Source: Nitrosopumilaceae archaeon
Lineage (GTDB): Archaea; Thermoproteota; Nitrososphaeria; Nitrososphaerales; Nitrosopumilaceae
Reading direction: 5' to 3'
Assembly: GCA_965214835.1 (NCBI GenBank)
Contig: CBDCCK010000002.1
Span: 2,304,001-2,368,000, forward strand
Length of the DNA: 64,000 nt
Shown: piece after piece, positions 10,118 to 20,415 of the stretch
Layout of the letters: each line of letters begins with the position of its first letter
How positions within the stretch are numbered: the stretch's first letter is position 1
The notes under the pieces: generated by a model
Told to the model about the DNA's origin: nothing
The model's database searches: none
What the model saw: only the letters and a program-made list of their open reading frames with translations
Program-made: the position numbers and the translations under genes

Positions 10118-11410
10118 TCACGCGTCTGGCCCGGAGTCGGGGGGAACGTCTCGGCGCATCTGTACCTGATGCTGCCTATGGCGATTTCGTCCCGGCCGCC
10201 CGCTATGATCCGTCAGAAGATCCTTGAGTTCCCAGGCGATCAGCTGGAATGTCGCGGGCGACAGGTGCGGATTCCCGGCATGGGCGTCGTAATCAAAGTC
10301 GACCAGGGCGGCCTCCAGGATTTCGCGGTTTTTTGCGATTACGAAATCCTCGCGCACTGACCGCGGGGCCCCTTTCGCCTCCATTCTCTTCAGCCCGACC
10401 CGAATCTCGTCTGCCAGGGCAAGGATCCGGCGGCGAATCGGGTCGAGGTGTCCCTCCGGACTGATCTTGAAGACGGTGTCCGTATCCCTGATCACGACAC
10501 GCAGGTTTTCTGGCTGCAGCTCGTATGGGGGGACGGATCCCTGCCTCTCAGCCCCTGACTCTTGCGGATGTTCGGGTTTTGCCAAACGGTTTAGAAAATC
10601 AGATCTTATCCTGCCTGCTTCCCTTCCTATTCCCTTGAACTCAGATTGTACCCTGTATGCGTGTTTTTCTATTTCCACAAAGTCAGATCCTATGACGCCG
10701 ATGTTCTTTTCTAGCTCCCTGAGCTCGGATCTTGCCAGCTCTATCCCATTTGCCATTTCATCATAGTAGGATCTTGTGCCCAGAGGCGGTTTTTTGGTGG
10801 TCTTGCGAGACGGACCTTCCAATTTCTTGAACTCGGATCTTGCCAGCTCCGCCTCCCTTTCAATTTCCTTGTAGGCGGATCTTGCAAGCTTGACCATCGC
10901 TTTGAACTCCTTGAGCAGCCCCCCAAGTTTCTTGTAGCCATCTCTTAGTTTGCCGGCCCTGTTTTCTAACAACTCGAAGACATTTTTTCTCATGGAGGCG
11001 TTTTTCCCCCCTTCCCCGAGATCGGCTCTTAATTCGCCGGCAAGCCTTGTCCATTCCATGATCCTGGCTCTTTCTATGCTGATCTCTTCTTTTAACTCAT
11101 CAAAGCTGGATCTTACCTTGCCAAGATTCCTTCCTGTCTCCTCAAAGTCAAACTCTGCTATGCCGGTACGCGATATTACCACCTCAAAGTCAAATCCTGA
11201 CCTGCATGCATCACTTCTCATTGCCTTGAGTTTTGATCTTGTCACCTCGGCCACCCTTCCCATTTCCTTGACCTTGCCTTCCATTTCCACAAGGTTGGAT
11301 CTCGTCATGCCTGTCTCCCTCCCTATCTCCTCAAAATCGGATTTTATTTTGTGAATCTTCTTTTCTATCTCCTCTATGGACTCGAGGTCTGGTTTCCTGT
11401 CTTCTGACAT
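10118..11410 (-). CDS. Long coiled-coil repeat protein with a globular C-terminal domain
   Basis: 430 aa, E/K/R-rich, recurring RSxF..EIE units; paralogue of 468-1699. Confidence 0.75.
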   Translation of the reverse strand: MSEDRKPDLESIEEIEKKIHKIKSDFEEIGRETGMTRSNLVEMEGKVKEMGRVAEVTRSKLKAMRSDACRSGFDFEVVISRTGIAEFDFEETGRNLGKVRSSFDELKEEISIERARIMEWTRLAGELRADLGEGGKNASMRKNVFELLENRAGKLRDGYKKLGGLLKEFKAMVKLARSAYKEIEREAELARSEFKKLEGPSRKTTKKPPLGTRSYYDEMANGIELARSELRELEKNIGVIGSDFVEIEKHAYRVQSEFKGIGREAGRIRSDFLNRLAKPEHPQESGAERQGSVPPYELQPENLRVVIRDTDTVFKISPEGHLDPIRRRILALADEIRVGLKRMEAKGAPRSVREDFVIAKNREILEAALVDFDYDAHAGNPHLSPATFQLIAWELKDLLTDHSGRPGRNRHRQHQVQMRRDVPPDSGPDA

Positions 11411-11629
11411 GTGGAATCAGTTGAACGCATTCAAATTAAAAGATATTTGAGGGCGTGATCGCAGTTGGATGATCCCGGCAGTGCGGCGGCATCTACAGTT
11501 GAAAGCCAGCCGGCTTTGCCAGGACAGCCACGATATGCCAAAGTAATGATCCATTCTTTGGTGTGATCACTGACGGGATCCCATGCCCTGGTGCAAGTGC
11601 CTCCTTTGCACGGTACTCTACGAAATCCC

Positions 11630-11791
11630 CTACGCGGCATTGGCCACCTTTGGCTTTTCATGAAAATGCGTCTGTACTAGTGCAATGTTTGCACAGCAAT
11701 TGCATATTGTGGATATGACCAGCCGGCATACGCAGCATCTTTCAAACTCCTGTATCTCACAGCCGCATTTCCTGCACATCTTGACGTTCAT
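11630..11791 (-). CDS. Small Cys-rich (zinc-ribbon-like) protein
   Basis: MNVKMCRKCG...CCVC...CNCC...THFH. Confidence 0.55.
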   Translation of the reverse strand: MNVKMCRKCGCEIQEFERCCVCRLVISTICNCCANIALVQTHFHEKPKVANAA

Positions 11792-11819
11792 GAAGACACA
11801 CCTCAAAAAATAACCGATG

Positions 11820-12128
11820 CTAGCGTCTTTCTGCCAGCACAGACAGTATCGGCATGGCATCCCACTGGTACATGCTATACTCCAAAACGCCCGAGCAATA
11901 GCGGTCGTACTTTGCAAAAAACTCTCTTGCTTCTGGCTCGGTTGCTTCAAAGACGGCCATGGATGAGGCCTCGTTGTCAAATGGCCCAGACCACATGATC
12001 CTTCCCCTGGACTGCCAGTCATCCACGAGGGATGCAACCTGCGAGGGAAGATTCTGCATCCTTTCTGCATCTGGATCATCCTTGACGTTGCTGATGATGA
12101 CCCAGGGCTTGACTTCTGTTTGACTCAT
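11820..12128 (-). CDS. Hypothetical protein, YciI/muconolactone-isomerase-like
   Basis: 102 aa; GRIMWSGPF...SMAVFEA pattern. Confidence 0.65.
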   Translation of the reverse strand: MSQTEVKPWVIISNVKDDPDAERMQNLPSQVASLVDDWQSRGRIMWSGPFDNEASSMAVFEATEPEAREFFAKYDRYCSGVLEYSMYQWDAMPILSVLAERR

Positions 12129-12434
12129 GTGTGGTGTATCGCCGTTTTGATTTTAAAGATAGGAATCGTTTCAATATACTACTCCAAACCCTTGTTTCCA
12201 AAACCAAAGCAGCCAGATTTCAGTACCGTATAACAACAATTTGAAATCTTAGCCACCTATAATAATTTCAAAAGACTGCTCTACCCTTGATGAGTATGAT
12301 GCGTCTGACACAACTCATGCAAATCAGATCAATGGAGGGGGCAATCAGAGCAAAACCATTTTACACAGCTCCGAGTACGGAGCACTGCTATTGGCATATT
12401 GCAGTCACCCGACACCTCCCATTGATCCTTTTAT

Positions 12435-12878
12435 GTGGTTGATATGGGTAAGGAAATACTGTTTGCAGGCACCGCAGATGCAGAACACGTTGAAATGTAT
12501 CTAAAGGCCATTTGGCACATTACAGAGATGGGTGAAAGATGCAGGATCCGCTCCATGGCAGGAATGCTCCACATCAGGGAGCCCAGCGTCATTGAAATGC
12601 TCAAAAAGCTCCGAGACGGGGATCTGGTAGTCTACAACAAAAACCAGATATCGCTTACCGATTCGGGCCAAAAGATTGGCTCGGCGATGATGCGCAATAG
12701 TAGGCTGCTAGAAGTCATGATGTCAGATGCGCTGAAGATCGACGTTGACGGGGAGGCGGCATGCGGCATTGAGCACCACATGAACAGGCAGTTTGCCGAC
12801 GCGCTGTGTGCCATGCTGGATCATCCCAGAAAGTGCCCGCACGGCCATGACATCCACCGGGGCCCGTGCTGTGCTTAG
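12435..12878 (+). CDS. DtxR/MntR-family metal-dependent repressor
   Basis: EMYLKAIW, SVIEMLKKL HTH, ACGIEHH, CPHG. Confidence 0.9.
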   Translation: MVDMGKEILFAGTADAEHVEMYLKAIWHITEMGERCRIRSMAGMLHIREPSVIEMLKKLRDGDLVVYNKNQISLTDSGQKIGSAMMRNSRLLEVMMSDALKIDVDGEAACGIEHHMNRQFADALCAMLDHPRKCPHGHDIHRGPCCA

Positions 12879-13091
12879 ACATGCACGCGTGCTCATACTG
12901 TGATCAGCTCTTCGATACCAAGGAAAAGCTGTATGACCACATGGAAATCCATTCACCTTCAGACAGGAAAGCCACATCCGATTGTGGCGGTTAAAGACCC
13001 TAGATCACCAAGAGGCGCCCCTCTGCGCAGTCCATGCCCGCGCATACCCGGGAGTCCCCGGTCGTCACTGCGTGGTGCAGTCTGGAACCGG

Positions 13092-14774
13092 CTAGTCCCA
13101 CCTTGGTCCGGTGATGGCGCCCTGTGCAGACGAGCCCACCAGCGATGCGTACTTTGCTAGGGCCCCAGACGTGTAGTTGGGCTCCGGCCTTTCCCACCCC
13201 TGTCTCCTTTTTGCCAGCTCGTCCTCTGATACGTGGAGATCGATTGCCGAGGTTTCGGTGTCTATCGTAATCCCGTCGCCGTCCCGGATCAGTGCGATCG
13301 GCCCCCCGACGTAGGCCTCCGGCGCAACATGGCCAACCATAAAGCCACGGGTTCCGCCCGAGAACCTGCCGTCGGTCACCATGGCCACCTTTTTGCCCAG
13401 GCCCTGGCCCACCAGCGCCGCAGTCGTTGCAAGCATCTCCCTCATTCCGGGACCCCCCTTTGGCCCCTCGTATCGAATGACTACCACGTCTCCCTCCACT
13501 ATCTTCCCCCTGGATACCGCATCAAACGCATGCTCCTCCCTGTCAAACACCCGCGCCCTTCCGGCAAACCTCGCCATCTCGACCCCGGCAGTCTTGATGA
13601 CTGCGCCCTCGGGGGCCAGCGTTCCCTTGAGGATGACTGCAGTGCCCGTGTTGTGAATGGGGTTCTCGACTGGACGGATGATGGACTGCTCGCCGGCTGG
13701 AATGCTTGCAGAGTCAAGGTTCTGCCGGATTGTCCTGCCTGTTACTGTGATACAGTCCCCGTTTAGCAGCCCGTTGTCTGCCAGCTTTTTCATTACAAGC
13801 GGTATGCCGCCGATCCTGTCCAGGCTGTTCATGACATAGCTTCCGCCCGGCTTCATGTCTGCAATGTGCGGCGTCTTTTTCCTGATTCTCTCAAAATCCT
13901 CGTAGGTTAGCCTTATCCCCGCCTCGTTTGCCATCGACAGCAGGTGCAGTATTCCGTTGGTGGAGCCGCCCACGGCGTTTAGCATCGTAATTGCGTTCTC
14001 AAACGCCTCGTAGGTCATGATGTCGCGCGGCCTGATGCCGGTCTTGAGCAGCTTTGCGCATGCGGCGCCCGTATCATACACCATCTTTTGCCGCCGCTCG
14101 TCCTCGGCCGGCGGGCTTGCACTTCCGGGCAGTGCCAGCCCTATGGCCTCCGAGATCGAGGCCATCGTGTTTGCAGTAAACATCCCCCCGCAGGATCCTG
14201 CGTTGGGACATGCGGTGTTCTCGATGTCCTTGAGCGCCTCCAGCGAAATCTGCCCCGCATCATATGCCCCGACTGCCTCGTAAACGTCAACTACGGTAAG
14301 CTCCCTCCCATCAAGGACTCCGGGCATTATGGTTCCGCCGTAGACGAACACCGAGGGCAGGTTAAGCCTGGCCATTGCCATCATCGTACCGGGAAGGCTC
14401 TTGTCGCATCCCGCTATCCCTACTAGCGCATCGTACTGGTGCGCGCGCACCATCAGCTCGATAGAGTCTGCAATGACCTCCCTTGAAATCAGGGAGGACT
14501 TCATGCCCTCGTGCCCCATCGCGATTCCGTCACTTACTGCAATCGTTGAAAATATTCTGGGCGTGGCCCCGTTTTGCGCCACCCCCTCCTTGGCATTCTC
14601 TGCGAGGCCGGGCAGCAGTATGTTGCACGGCGTGGCCTCGTTTCCAGTATGGCATACGCCTACCATCGGCCTGTCTAGATCCTCGTCGCTGAGTCCCATC
14701 GCCTTGTACATTGCCCTGTGCGGGGCACGGGCCGTTCCGCCGACTACGTTGCGGCTGGAAATCTCCATGATCAC
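13092..14774 (-). CDS. ilvD: Dihydroxy-acid dehydratase
   Basis: [27 protein letters not shown]. Confidence 0.97.
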   Translation of the reverse strand: MIMEISSRNVVGGTARAPHRAMYKAMGLSDEDLDRPMVGVCHTGNEATPCNILLPGLAENAKEGVAQNGATPRIFSTIAVSDGIAMGHEGMKSSLISREVIADSIELMVRAHQYDALVGIAGCDKSLPGTMMAMARLNLPSVFVYGGTIMPGVLDGRELTVVDVYEAVGAYDAGQISLEALKDIENTACPNAGSCGGMFTANTMASISEAIGLALPGSASPPAEDERRQKMVYDTGAACAKLLKTGIRPRDIMTYEAFENAITMLNAVGGSTNGILHLLSMANEAGIRLTYEDFERIRKKTPHIADMKPGGSYVMNSLDRIGGIPLVMKKLADNGLLNGDCITVTGRTIRQNLDSASIPAGEQSIIRPVENPIHNTGTAVILKGTLAPEGAVIKTAGVEMARFAGRARVFDREEHAFDAVSRGKIVEGDVVVIRYEGPKGGPGMREMLATTAALVGQGLGKKVAMVTDGRFSGGTRGFMVGHVAPEAYVGGPIALIRDGDGITIDTETSAIDLHVSEDELAKRRQGWERPEPNYTSGALAKYASLVGSSAQGAITGPRWD

Positions 14775-14809
14775 AACACCCCGTTTCTGTAATTTAACCT
14801 TGTTTTTGG

Positions 14810-15409
14810 CTACCTGATGTCCAGGATCAGGTTGTTTGCCTCCCTTAGCTGATCCTCGATCTCCTCTGGGGTCTCAGATCCGTATGACACCAGGATCCTG
14901 TCGTCGTCCCGGACGACATAGTCTGAAATGCTTGAAACCTGGTCTCCGTTGATGTAGAATTTCAGGGAATAGGTGTCATCCGTACAGAACTGCCTTCCGT
15001 CGGGGAATATGTAGCAGTCATCTGTGACCCCTATTGACAGCGAGTCAAAGAGGTATTTCAGCGTGACACCTGTCGCGTGCCTGTGTATGGTGTCCCCGTT
15101 TTGCCCCTCAAAGTGTATCCACGGTGTCTTGATCTGGTATGCGGGCAGCGAAAAGTCAAACTTGTCACCGAACACCTTTACCAGTATGCCTGCGTGTACG
15201 TGTGCGCTTCCCAGCGCCCCTGCGTCCTCCGGGCCGCCGGGGGTATCGACTGTAAGTGTGGCAAATTCATAGCCTGCATAGGCAATAATCGCAATGACTA
15301 CGGCAAACACCGCCCCTGCAATCAGCTTGTTCTTGCTGCTTTCCTTTTGCTGTCTTGCGGCATATCTCTCGCGCTTTTCCTCGCGATCACGCTGGTGCTT
15401 CTTTCCCAT
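14810..15409 (-). CDS. Membrane-anchored hypothetical protein
   Basis: Basic N-terminus, one TM helix, HVHA and IHRH His motifs. Confidence 0.75.
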   Translation of the reverse strand: MGKKHQRDREEKRERYAARQQKESSKNKLIAGAVFAVVIAIIAYAGYEFATLTVDTPGGPEDAGALGSAHVHAGILVKVFGDKFDFSLPAYQIKTPWIHFEGQNGDTIHRHATGVTLKYLFDSLSIGVTDDCYIFPDGRQFCTDDTYSLKFYINGDQVSSISDYVVRDDDRILVSYGSETPEEIEDQLREANNLILDIR

Positions 15410-15503
15410 GGGTAACCCAAACTCTGGAATTTGCCCTAATTAATGATTCGATGCATTTTGACACCAAGCGTAGCGTTGAAATAAAATAACAAACCAAAGT
15501 TTT

Positions 15504-15911
15504 TTGATGGACTGCATCTTTTGTGACATCCTAGACGGCAGGACAACTGCATACGTAATCTACGAGGACGAAAGACACGTGGCGTTTTTGGACAAGTACC
15601 CCATTGATCACGGCCACAGCTTGGTGATACCTAGATCCCACCATGAAAGAATCACCCAGATGGAGCCCGGTGCGGTAGGCGATCTGTTCTCCCGGGTTCC
15701 GAAAATAGCTGGCGCCATCCTTGATGCTACCGGTGCCGACGCGTTCAGCCTGGGGCAAAACAACGGGCGGGAGGCAAAGCAGATCGTGCCGCACGTTCAC
15801 GTGCATATCATCCCCCGGTACCGGGACAGGGGGGCCGTCTGGACCAAGCGGGGCATTGCAGGCGAGTCCGAGCTATCCGAGCTTGCCGTCAAAATAAGGT
15901 CACACATGTGA
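15504..15911 (+). CDS. HIT-family nucleotide hydrolase
   Basis: CIFC and HVHVHIIPR histidine triad. Confidence 0.93.
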   Translation: MMDCIFCDILDGRTTAYVIYEDERHVAFLDKYPIDHGHSLVIPRSHHERITQMEPGAVGDLFSRVPKIAGAILDATGADAFSLGQNNGREAKQIVPHVHVHIIPRYRDRGAVWTKRGIAGESELSELAVKIRSHM

Positions 15912-17192
15912 CTATTTCACATGTCCCGGATTGTATCTCAGGATGGCCCCTACCTTGCCAAGGCTTGCAAGCATCGAGCCGTGCTCTGCGGTTCCAGAGA
16001 CCACCTCGATTTTCGAGCCCGTCTTTGCAGACAGCAGCGACAGATAGTCCACAATGTCCTGTTCGCGTATCTCCGAGCCCGCGGCCTTGCACTCGGGACA
16101 CGGCAAGCTGGCAAACTCTGTCTTTTTGGGGATCACCTGTGGTCTTTCGATGATTGCGTCCTCCACGTGGCCACATCTCTTGCATGTAGACTCTACGCGG
16201 TACAGGTCTGTATCATCGGTGATGATCAGCGTCCCAACGACGTTGTTTTTTAGCAGCTCGACTACCTCCTTTAGGCCGTATGCGCCCAGGCCAGTATGGG
16301 AGTTTACATGCCTGAACAGCTCCTCGATGATCCTCCTCTCCTCTACCATCCTAAAGTCCGAAAGAATGTCGCCTGACTTTGTAAACGCCTCCCTGATCCC
16401 TTCTGCGCCTGCATAGGATGAGTCAATCGTTGAGATTATCATCTCCTGCAGGCGGTACTCGAGGTACCCTCCGTTGATAAAGTCCTCCTTTGTCGGACCC
16501 GGCCCTGAGATTATCAGCCCCTTGATGGGGTAGATGTCGATGAAAAACTCCCTTGTCACCCCTGCCACCCTGTTAAAATAGTACGTCAGCTCCATCTCCC
16601 TTAGCCTCTGGAATCTCTTTGCTGACTGTCCCCCCTGCCTGTGCTTTCCTGCGACCCCGGAGGACGTGTGTGTCAGAACCTCGATCTTGTCCCCGTGCAG
16701 CAGGCCCCACCCGGCATCCTTTGCATCAAGGGCCAAAAACCCAACCAGGTTGTCATCCTTTAGCATATCCTTGAGGATGTCGACGTGAAAGTGATCATCG
16801 CACCGGTACAGATACTGCTTCAAGTCCTTTGGCGGGTCGATCTCCCACGCCCTTACCACCTCGCTCCCGAGAGGGCCCCCGTCCTCGGGCGGCAGGGCCC
16901 CGCAGAATATCACCAGCCCCCTCTCGGGGGTCTTTTTGTATAGCTTTAGCCTCTGAATCACCTTTCCAAGCGAGTCGACCACGTGGCTTCGGGTCAGATC
17001 TGACTTGATATTGCCCGCCGTACCCTGCTCCTGCTGAAGCGTGCCTATGATCTCGTGAAGCTGCCTTCCCTTGGGTATGTATACGCTGATCAGCTCAGTG
17101 CCCCTGCCTGACTTTTGAGACAGCTCATCAAGCGCCTTTCTGATTTTGTACATCTTAACCGAGTCCTGTTTTTCAATGTTGATCCTGCCCAT
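15912..17192 (-). CDS. prf1: Archaeal peptide chain release factor 1 (aRF1)
   Basis: NIKS, YRCD and GGQS motifs; zinc-ribbon insertion. Confidence 0.96.
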   Translation of the reverse strand: MGRINIEKQDSVKMYKIRKALDELSQKSGRGTELISVYIPKGRQLHEIIGTLQQEQGTAGNIKSDLTRSHVVDSLGKVIQRLKLYKKTPERGLVIFCGALPPEDGGPLGSEVVRAWEIDPPKDLKQYLYRCDDHFHVDILKDMLKDDNLVGFLALDAKDAGWGLLHGDKIEVLTHTSSGVAGKHRQGGQSAKRFQRLREMELTYYFNRVAGVTREFFIDIYPIKGLIISGPGPTKEDFINGGYLEYRLQEMIISTIDSSYAGAEGIREAFTKSGDILSDFRMVEERRIIEELFRHVNSHTGLGAYGLKEVVELLKNNVVGTLIITDDTDLYRVESTCKRCGHVEDAIIERPQVIPKKTEFASLPCPECKAAGSEIREQDIVDYLSLLSAKTGSKIEVVSGTAEHGSMLASLGKVGAILRYNPGHVK

Positions 17193-17232
17193 GCCACAAC
17201 CATCCCGTCCTGTTCATATTAAGCTTGATTGG

Positions 17233-17889
17233 CTACAGCCCGTCGATTGCTTTTTCAAAAACCTCCAGGGGCTGGTTGCCCCTGATCTTGATTACTCTCT
17301 CGTCGTTGAAAATGAAAAACGAGGGCGTTGCATCCACCCCGATCTCCTGGCCTGCCCTGTACATGTCAAGCACCGCCCCTCTGTACCTTTGCCGATCTAG
17401 GCAGTCACTGAACTCTTCTAGGTTCAGCCCTACCGAGCCTGCAAATCCTGCGACAGAGTCCCGTGTCACCCAACCGGTCCTCTCCCCTCCCCAGTTCTCG
17501 TATATCTCGTCATGATACTGCCAGTACCTGCCCTGATCACCTGCGCAGTGTGATGCCTCTGCTGCCAGAACCGAGTCCGGACCGTTGAGCGCAAAGTCCT
17601 TGAAGATGACGTTCACCCTTCCGGCCTTTACGTATTTTTCCTGGATGGCATTCAGGGTCGTCTGGTGAAACCTGTAGCAAAACGTACACTGATAGTCCCC
17701 ATACTCCAAAATCGTAACCGGGGCCTTTGGATCGCCCATTACAGGCGAGCCTCCGGACTTTAAATTCGAGGCTGTGAGCTTTGAGGAATGCCCCGGATCT
17801 GGATTGGCCTGCTGGTTGTAGTGTACGAGAAACGCTCCCACTGCAACCCCGATGATCAGTGGAACTGCAATCAGAACCCACCTGTTCAT
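17233..17889 (-). CDS. DsbA-family thioredoxin-fold oxidoreductase
   Basis: N-terminal TM, EYGDYQCTFC, GVDATPSF. Confidence 0.9.
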   Translation of the reverse strand: MNRWVLIAVPLIIGVAVGAFLVHYNQQANPDPGHSSKLTASNLKSGGSPVMGDPKAPVTILEYGDYQCTFCYRFHQTTLNAIQEKYVKAGRVNVIFKDFALNGPDSVLAAEASHCAGDQGRYWQYHDEIYENWGGERTGWVTRDSVAGFAGSVGLNLEEFSDCLDRQRYRGAVLDMYRAGQEIGVDATPSFFIFNDERVIKIRGNQPLEVFEKAIDGL

Positions 17890-17926
17890 GGTTTTCTGAG
17901 CTGCCTTTGGCGTAATTAAGCTTGTT

Positions 17927-18481
17927 TTAGGATGCTGCCACGGTACACAGTGCTGCGTTTTTTACGGATAGCTCGGCCACAAATGGATCGTCGGCCGATG
18001 TTATTATGACTACGTCGTTGTCTTGTGGGCACATGCCCATTAGGACCTTGCGCGTCTTTTTGTCGCCTGCCAGGACATCCTTTTCCTCGCCGGGAAAGAA
18101 AAACCTACCTTTGCCGTAGATCAGCGTCAGTGCAGCAGATGCCCCGTACCGGACTGCAAAGTCCCTCTGCTCCAACCCCGTTCTTATCACGCGTGCAAAG
18201 TTCCTGATTAGGATCGCGTGGTTATGCCTGCCGCTAAAAATCCTTGACTTTTTTACTGCCGTCTCCCCGGTAATTGTACCCAAGACCACCCCGGTGAATT
18301 TCCTCCCCCTTTCGGTAAGAAAGGTACCTGCTCGCGTTGAATCTGCCATCCTTCCTGCCTTCATGTGCAAAATCAGCGTCTTGGCCGCACCCTCCCCTAT
18401 GTGCAGCTCCCTGCAAAAGGTGGCCCTACTCACGAAGCGATCCCTGTCTAGCAGCTGCAGCGCCTTGAAGACATGTGGCAT
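17927..18481 (-). CDS. Winged-HTH putative regulator (DUF4443/DUF2111-like), divergent from cbtBA
   Basis: ELHIGEGAAKTLI HTH, GLEQRDFAVRYGA; frame stays open upstream so the start is uncertain. Confidence 0.7.
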   Translation of the reverse strand: MPHVFKALQLLDRDRFVSRATFCRELHIGEGAAKTLILHMKAGRMADSTRAGTFLTERGRKFTGVVLGTITGETAVKKSRIFSGRHNHAILIRNFARVIRTGLEQRDFAVRYGASAALTLIYGKGRFFFPGEEKDVLAGDKKTRKVLMGMCPQDNDVVIITSADDPFVAELSVKNAALCTVAAS

Positions 18482-18568
18482 GCCAAATGTCAGGATCTTG
18501 CTGGAGCCTTTCCTGGATGCGATGCTTTGCAGTGACCGGATCTCTCTTTTCAGATCGTGTTTTAGGTA

Positions 18569-18612
18569 TGTCCAATATAAAAATTGGACAATTTATCCAA
18601 GTGTTTAAATAA
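18569..18612 (+). promoter_or_regulatory. Palindromic candidate operator plus TATA box for cbtBA
   Basis: TGTCCAAT-N6-ATTGGACA overlapping TTGGA-N7-TCCAA, followed by TTTAAATA about 30 bp before the ATG. Confidence 0.5.
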
Positions 18613-18634
18613 TTACCTTCAGGGTTACCACTAG

Positions 18635-18850
18635 ATGTCTCAATCCAGACTACTGACGCTCTCAAGGAGCAGGACTCCGGTATTGTCAATCATTGCCCTG
18701 TCTGCAGTATTTGCAGTTGGAATGTTTGTTGCCGGTTTTGACCAGGGACAGATTATCAACATGGCTTTTGCCGAGACTGGAATCGATCCACTGGTTATTC
18801 ATGAACTGACTCATGACATGAGACATGCAGCAGGCTTCCCCTGCCACTAG
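18635..18850 (+). CDS. cbtB: Cobalt transporter subunit CbtB
   Basis: TM helix and HELTHDMRHAAGFPCH C-terminus. Confidence 0.9.
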   Translation: MSQSRLLTLSRSRTPVLSIIALSAVFAVGMFVAGFDQGQIINMAFAETGIDPLVIHELTHDMRHAAGFPCH

Positions 18851-18859
18851 GCACCTGTC

Positions 18860-19588
18860 ATGAAGGCATTACTTTTTATTGCAATAGTTTTACTCTCCGG
18901 CTCACTTGCAGGACTGATTCACGGCGGTATTAATCTCGTACTCGTTGAGCCGTATCTGGACGTTGCAATAGGCATGGAGAACCAGAACCTCTTTGCGTCC
19001 GGCGAGGAGGAGGATACCGCGGAGTTTTGGAATTCATATTATTCTTACCGCGACTGGCAAAAAAGCGGGCAGATACTGGCAGGGGTAACTCTCGGCCTGG
19101 CCATGGGCTCGTTGTTTGGAATCGTGTTTGCATTATCGCAAAACATGCTGCCCGGAGGCCACAGCATCAAAAAGGCGATGATCCTGGCCGGAATCATGTG
19201 GCTGGTCGTATTCTTCATCCCGTTCTTAAAGTACCCCGCAAATCCCCCTACTGTGGGGGACGCCGAGACCATACAGCTGAGAACCATCCTGTATGTCTCA
19301 TTCATTGCGATTTCGGGGTTTGGGGCAGCGGGTTTTTATCAGATTGCCAAGCGTGCAAAAAAGGGCAAAAAGGCCATTGCCATAGTGGGGTATGCGGCAT
19401 TGATGGCCGCTGCATTTGTTTTGATGCCTGGAAACCCCGACGAGATTACGGCACCCGCGGATCTGGTGGGTGGATTCAGGGTAATGTCCGTTTTGGGCGT
19501 CTCGTCGTTTTGGACATCCATCCCGCTGATCCTTGGGGCCTTTTGGCAGAAGTTCAGGCCAGATGTTGATGTAAAGCTAAAGCCGTGA
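18860..19588 (+). CDS. cbtA: Cobalt transporter subunit CbtA
   Basis: Multi-TM protein, PFLKYPANPPTVG; follows cbtB. Confidence 0.9.
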   Translation: MKALLFIAIVLLSGSLAGLIHGGINLVLVEPYLDVAIGMENQNLFASGEEEDTAEFWNSYYSYRDWQKSGQILAGVTLGLAMGSLFGIVFALSQNMLPGGHSIKKAMILAGIMWLVVFFIPFLKYPANPPTVGDAETIQLRTILYVSFIAISGFGAAGFYQIAKRAKKGKKAIAIVGYAALMAAAFVLMPGNPDEITAPADLVGGFRVMSVLGVSSFWTSIPLILGAFWQKFRPDVDVKLKP

Positions 19589-19663
19589 CTTTCAATTCTC
19601 AAACCATGGAACGAGAACAACACCATGGCGTTTAAATAACTCGTGGTATGACGAGTCTTGTAA

Positions 19664-19993
19664 ATGACAAAAAGACACACGCTGCCACAACTAAAAAAAT
19701 ACGACATCAACCAGAAGGTCATCGAGGCGTTGGCAGATGCCGAGTCCAGGGCAATTCTGTTTTCGGTGATCAGAAGAGGAAAGACTGCCGCAGAGCTGTC
19801 CGAAAAACTGCGCATTCCACTGAGTTCGGTATACAAAAAGTTATCAGGATTGGAAGAATTGACACTCATACAGGTAGAAAAGTGGATGCTTTCTGACAAG
19901 GGACGGCGCTACAAGGTGTATCGTAGCAGAATCAGCAAGGCAGAGATCTCCATTAAAAAGCCCGAACCCGTTCTCAGCTTGGTACCAAACTGA
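19664..19993 (+). CDS. ArsR-like winged-HTH regulator
   Basis: ELSEKLRIPLSSVYKKL. Confidence 0.85.
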   Translation: MTKRHTLPQLKKYDINQKVIEALADAESRAILFSVIRRGKTAAELSEKLRIPLSSVYKKLSGLEELTLIQVEKWMLSDKGRRYKVYRSRISKAEISIKKPEPVLSLVPN

Positions 19994-19999
19994 TCCCCC

Positions 20000-20338
20000 A
20001 TGTCCAAGCCAAACATCATCCAGCTAAGCGAGTTTGACATCACCCAGAAGATCATCGAGTCGCTGACAAACGTGTGTACGCGCGCAGTGCTGTTTTCTGT
20101 CAAAGAAAAGGGCAAGGATGCAACGCAGATTGCCGACGAGCTGCAAATCTCGATATCCACCGTATACAAGACGCTGTCTACGCTTGAGGATCTTGCCCTG
20201 GTTGAAATTGAAAAATTCGTCATTACAGAGGAGGGCAAAAAAATCAAGCAGTACAGGAGCCGGATCGGGAAGGTGGAGATCACCATGACGAACATGGCAC
20301 CGGTCTTGAACCTGTATCCCAACAAGCATGAACCGTGA
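20000..20338 (+). CDS. ArsR-like winged-HTH regulator (tandem paralogue)
   Basis: QIADELQISISTVYKTL; similar to the preceding ORF. Confidence 0.85.
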   Translation: MSKPNIIQLSEFDITQKIIESLTNVCTRAVLFSVKEKGKDATQIADELQISISTVYKTLSTLEDLALVEIEKFVITEEGKKIKQYRSRIGKVEITMTNMAPVLNLYPNKHEP

Positions 20339-20415
20339 TTCTAGATACGTGGAATGAGATCGTGGAATCAGGTTTTCGTTTAAATAATTAGCTTCAACTA
20401 ACCCCAACATCCGAG

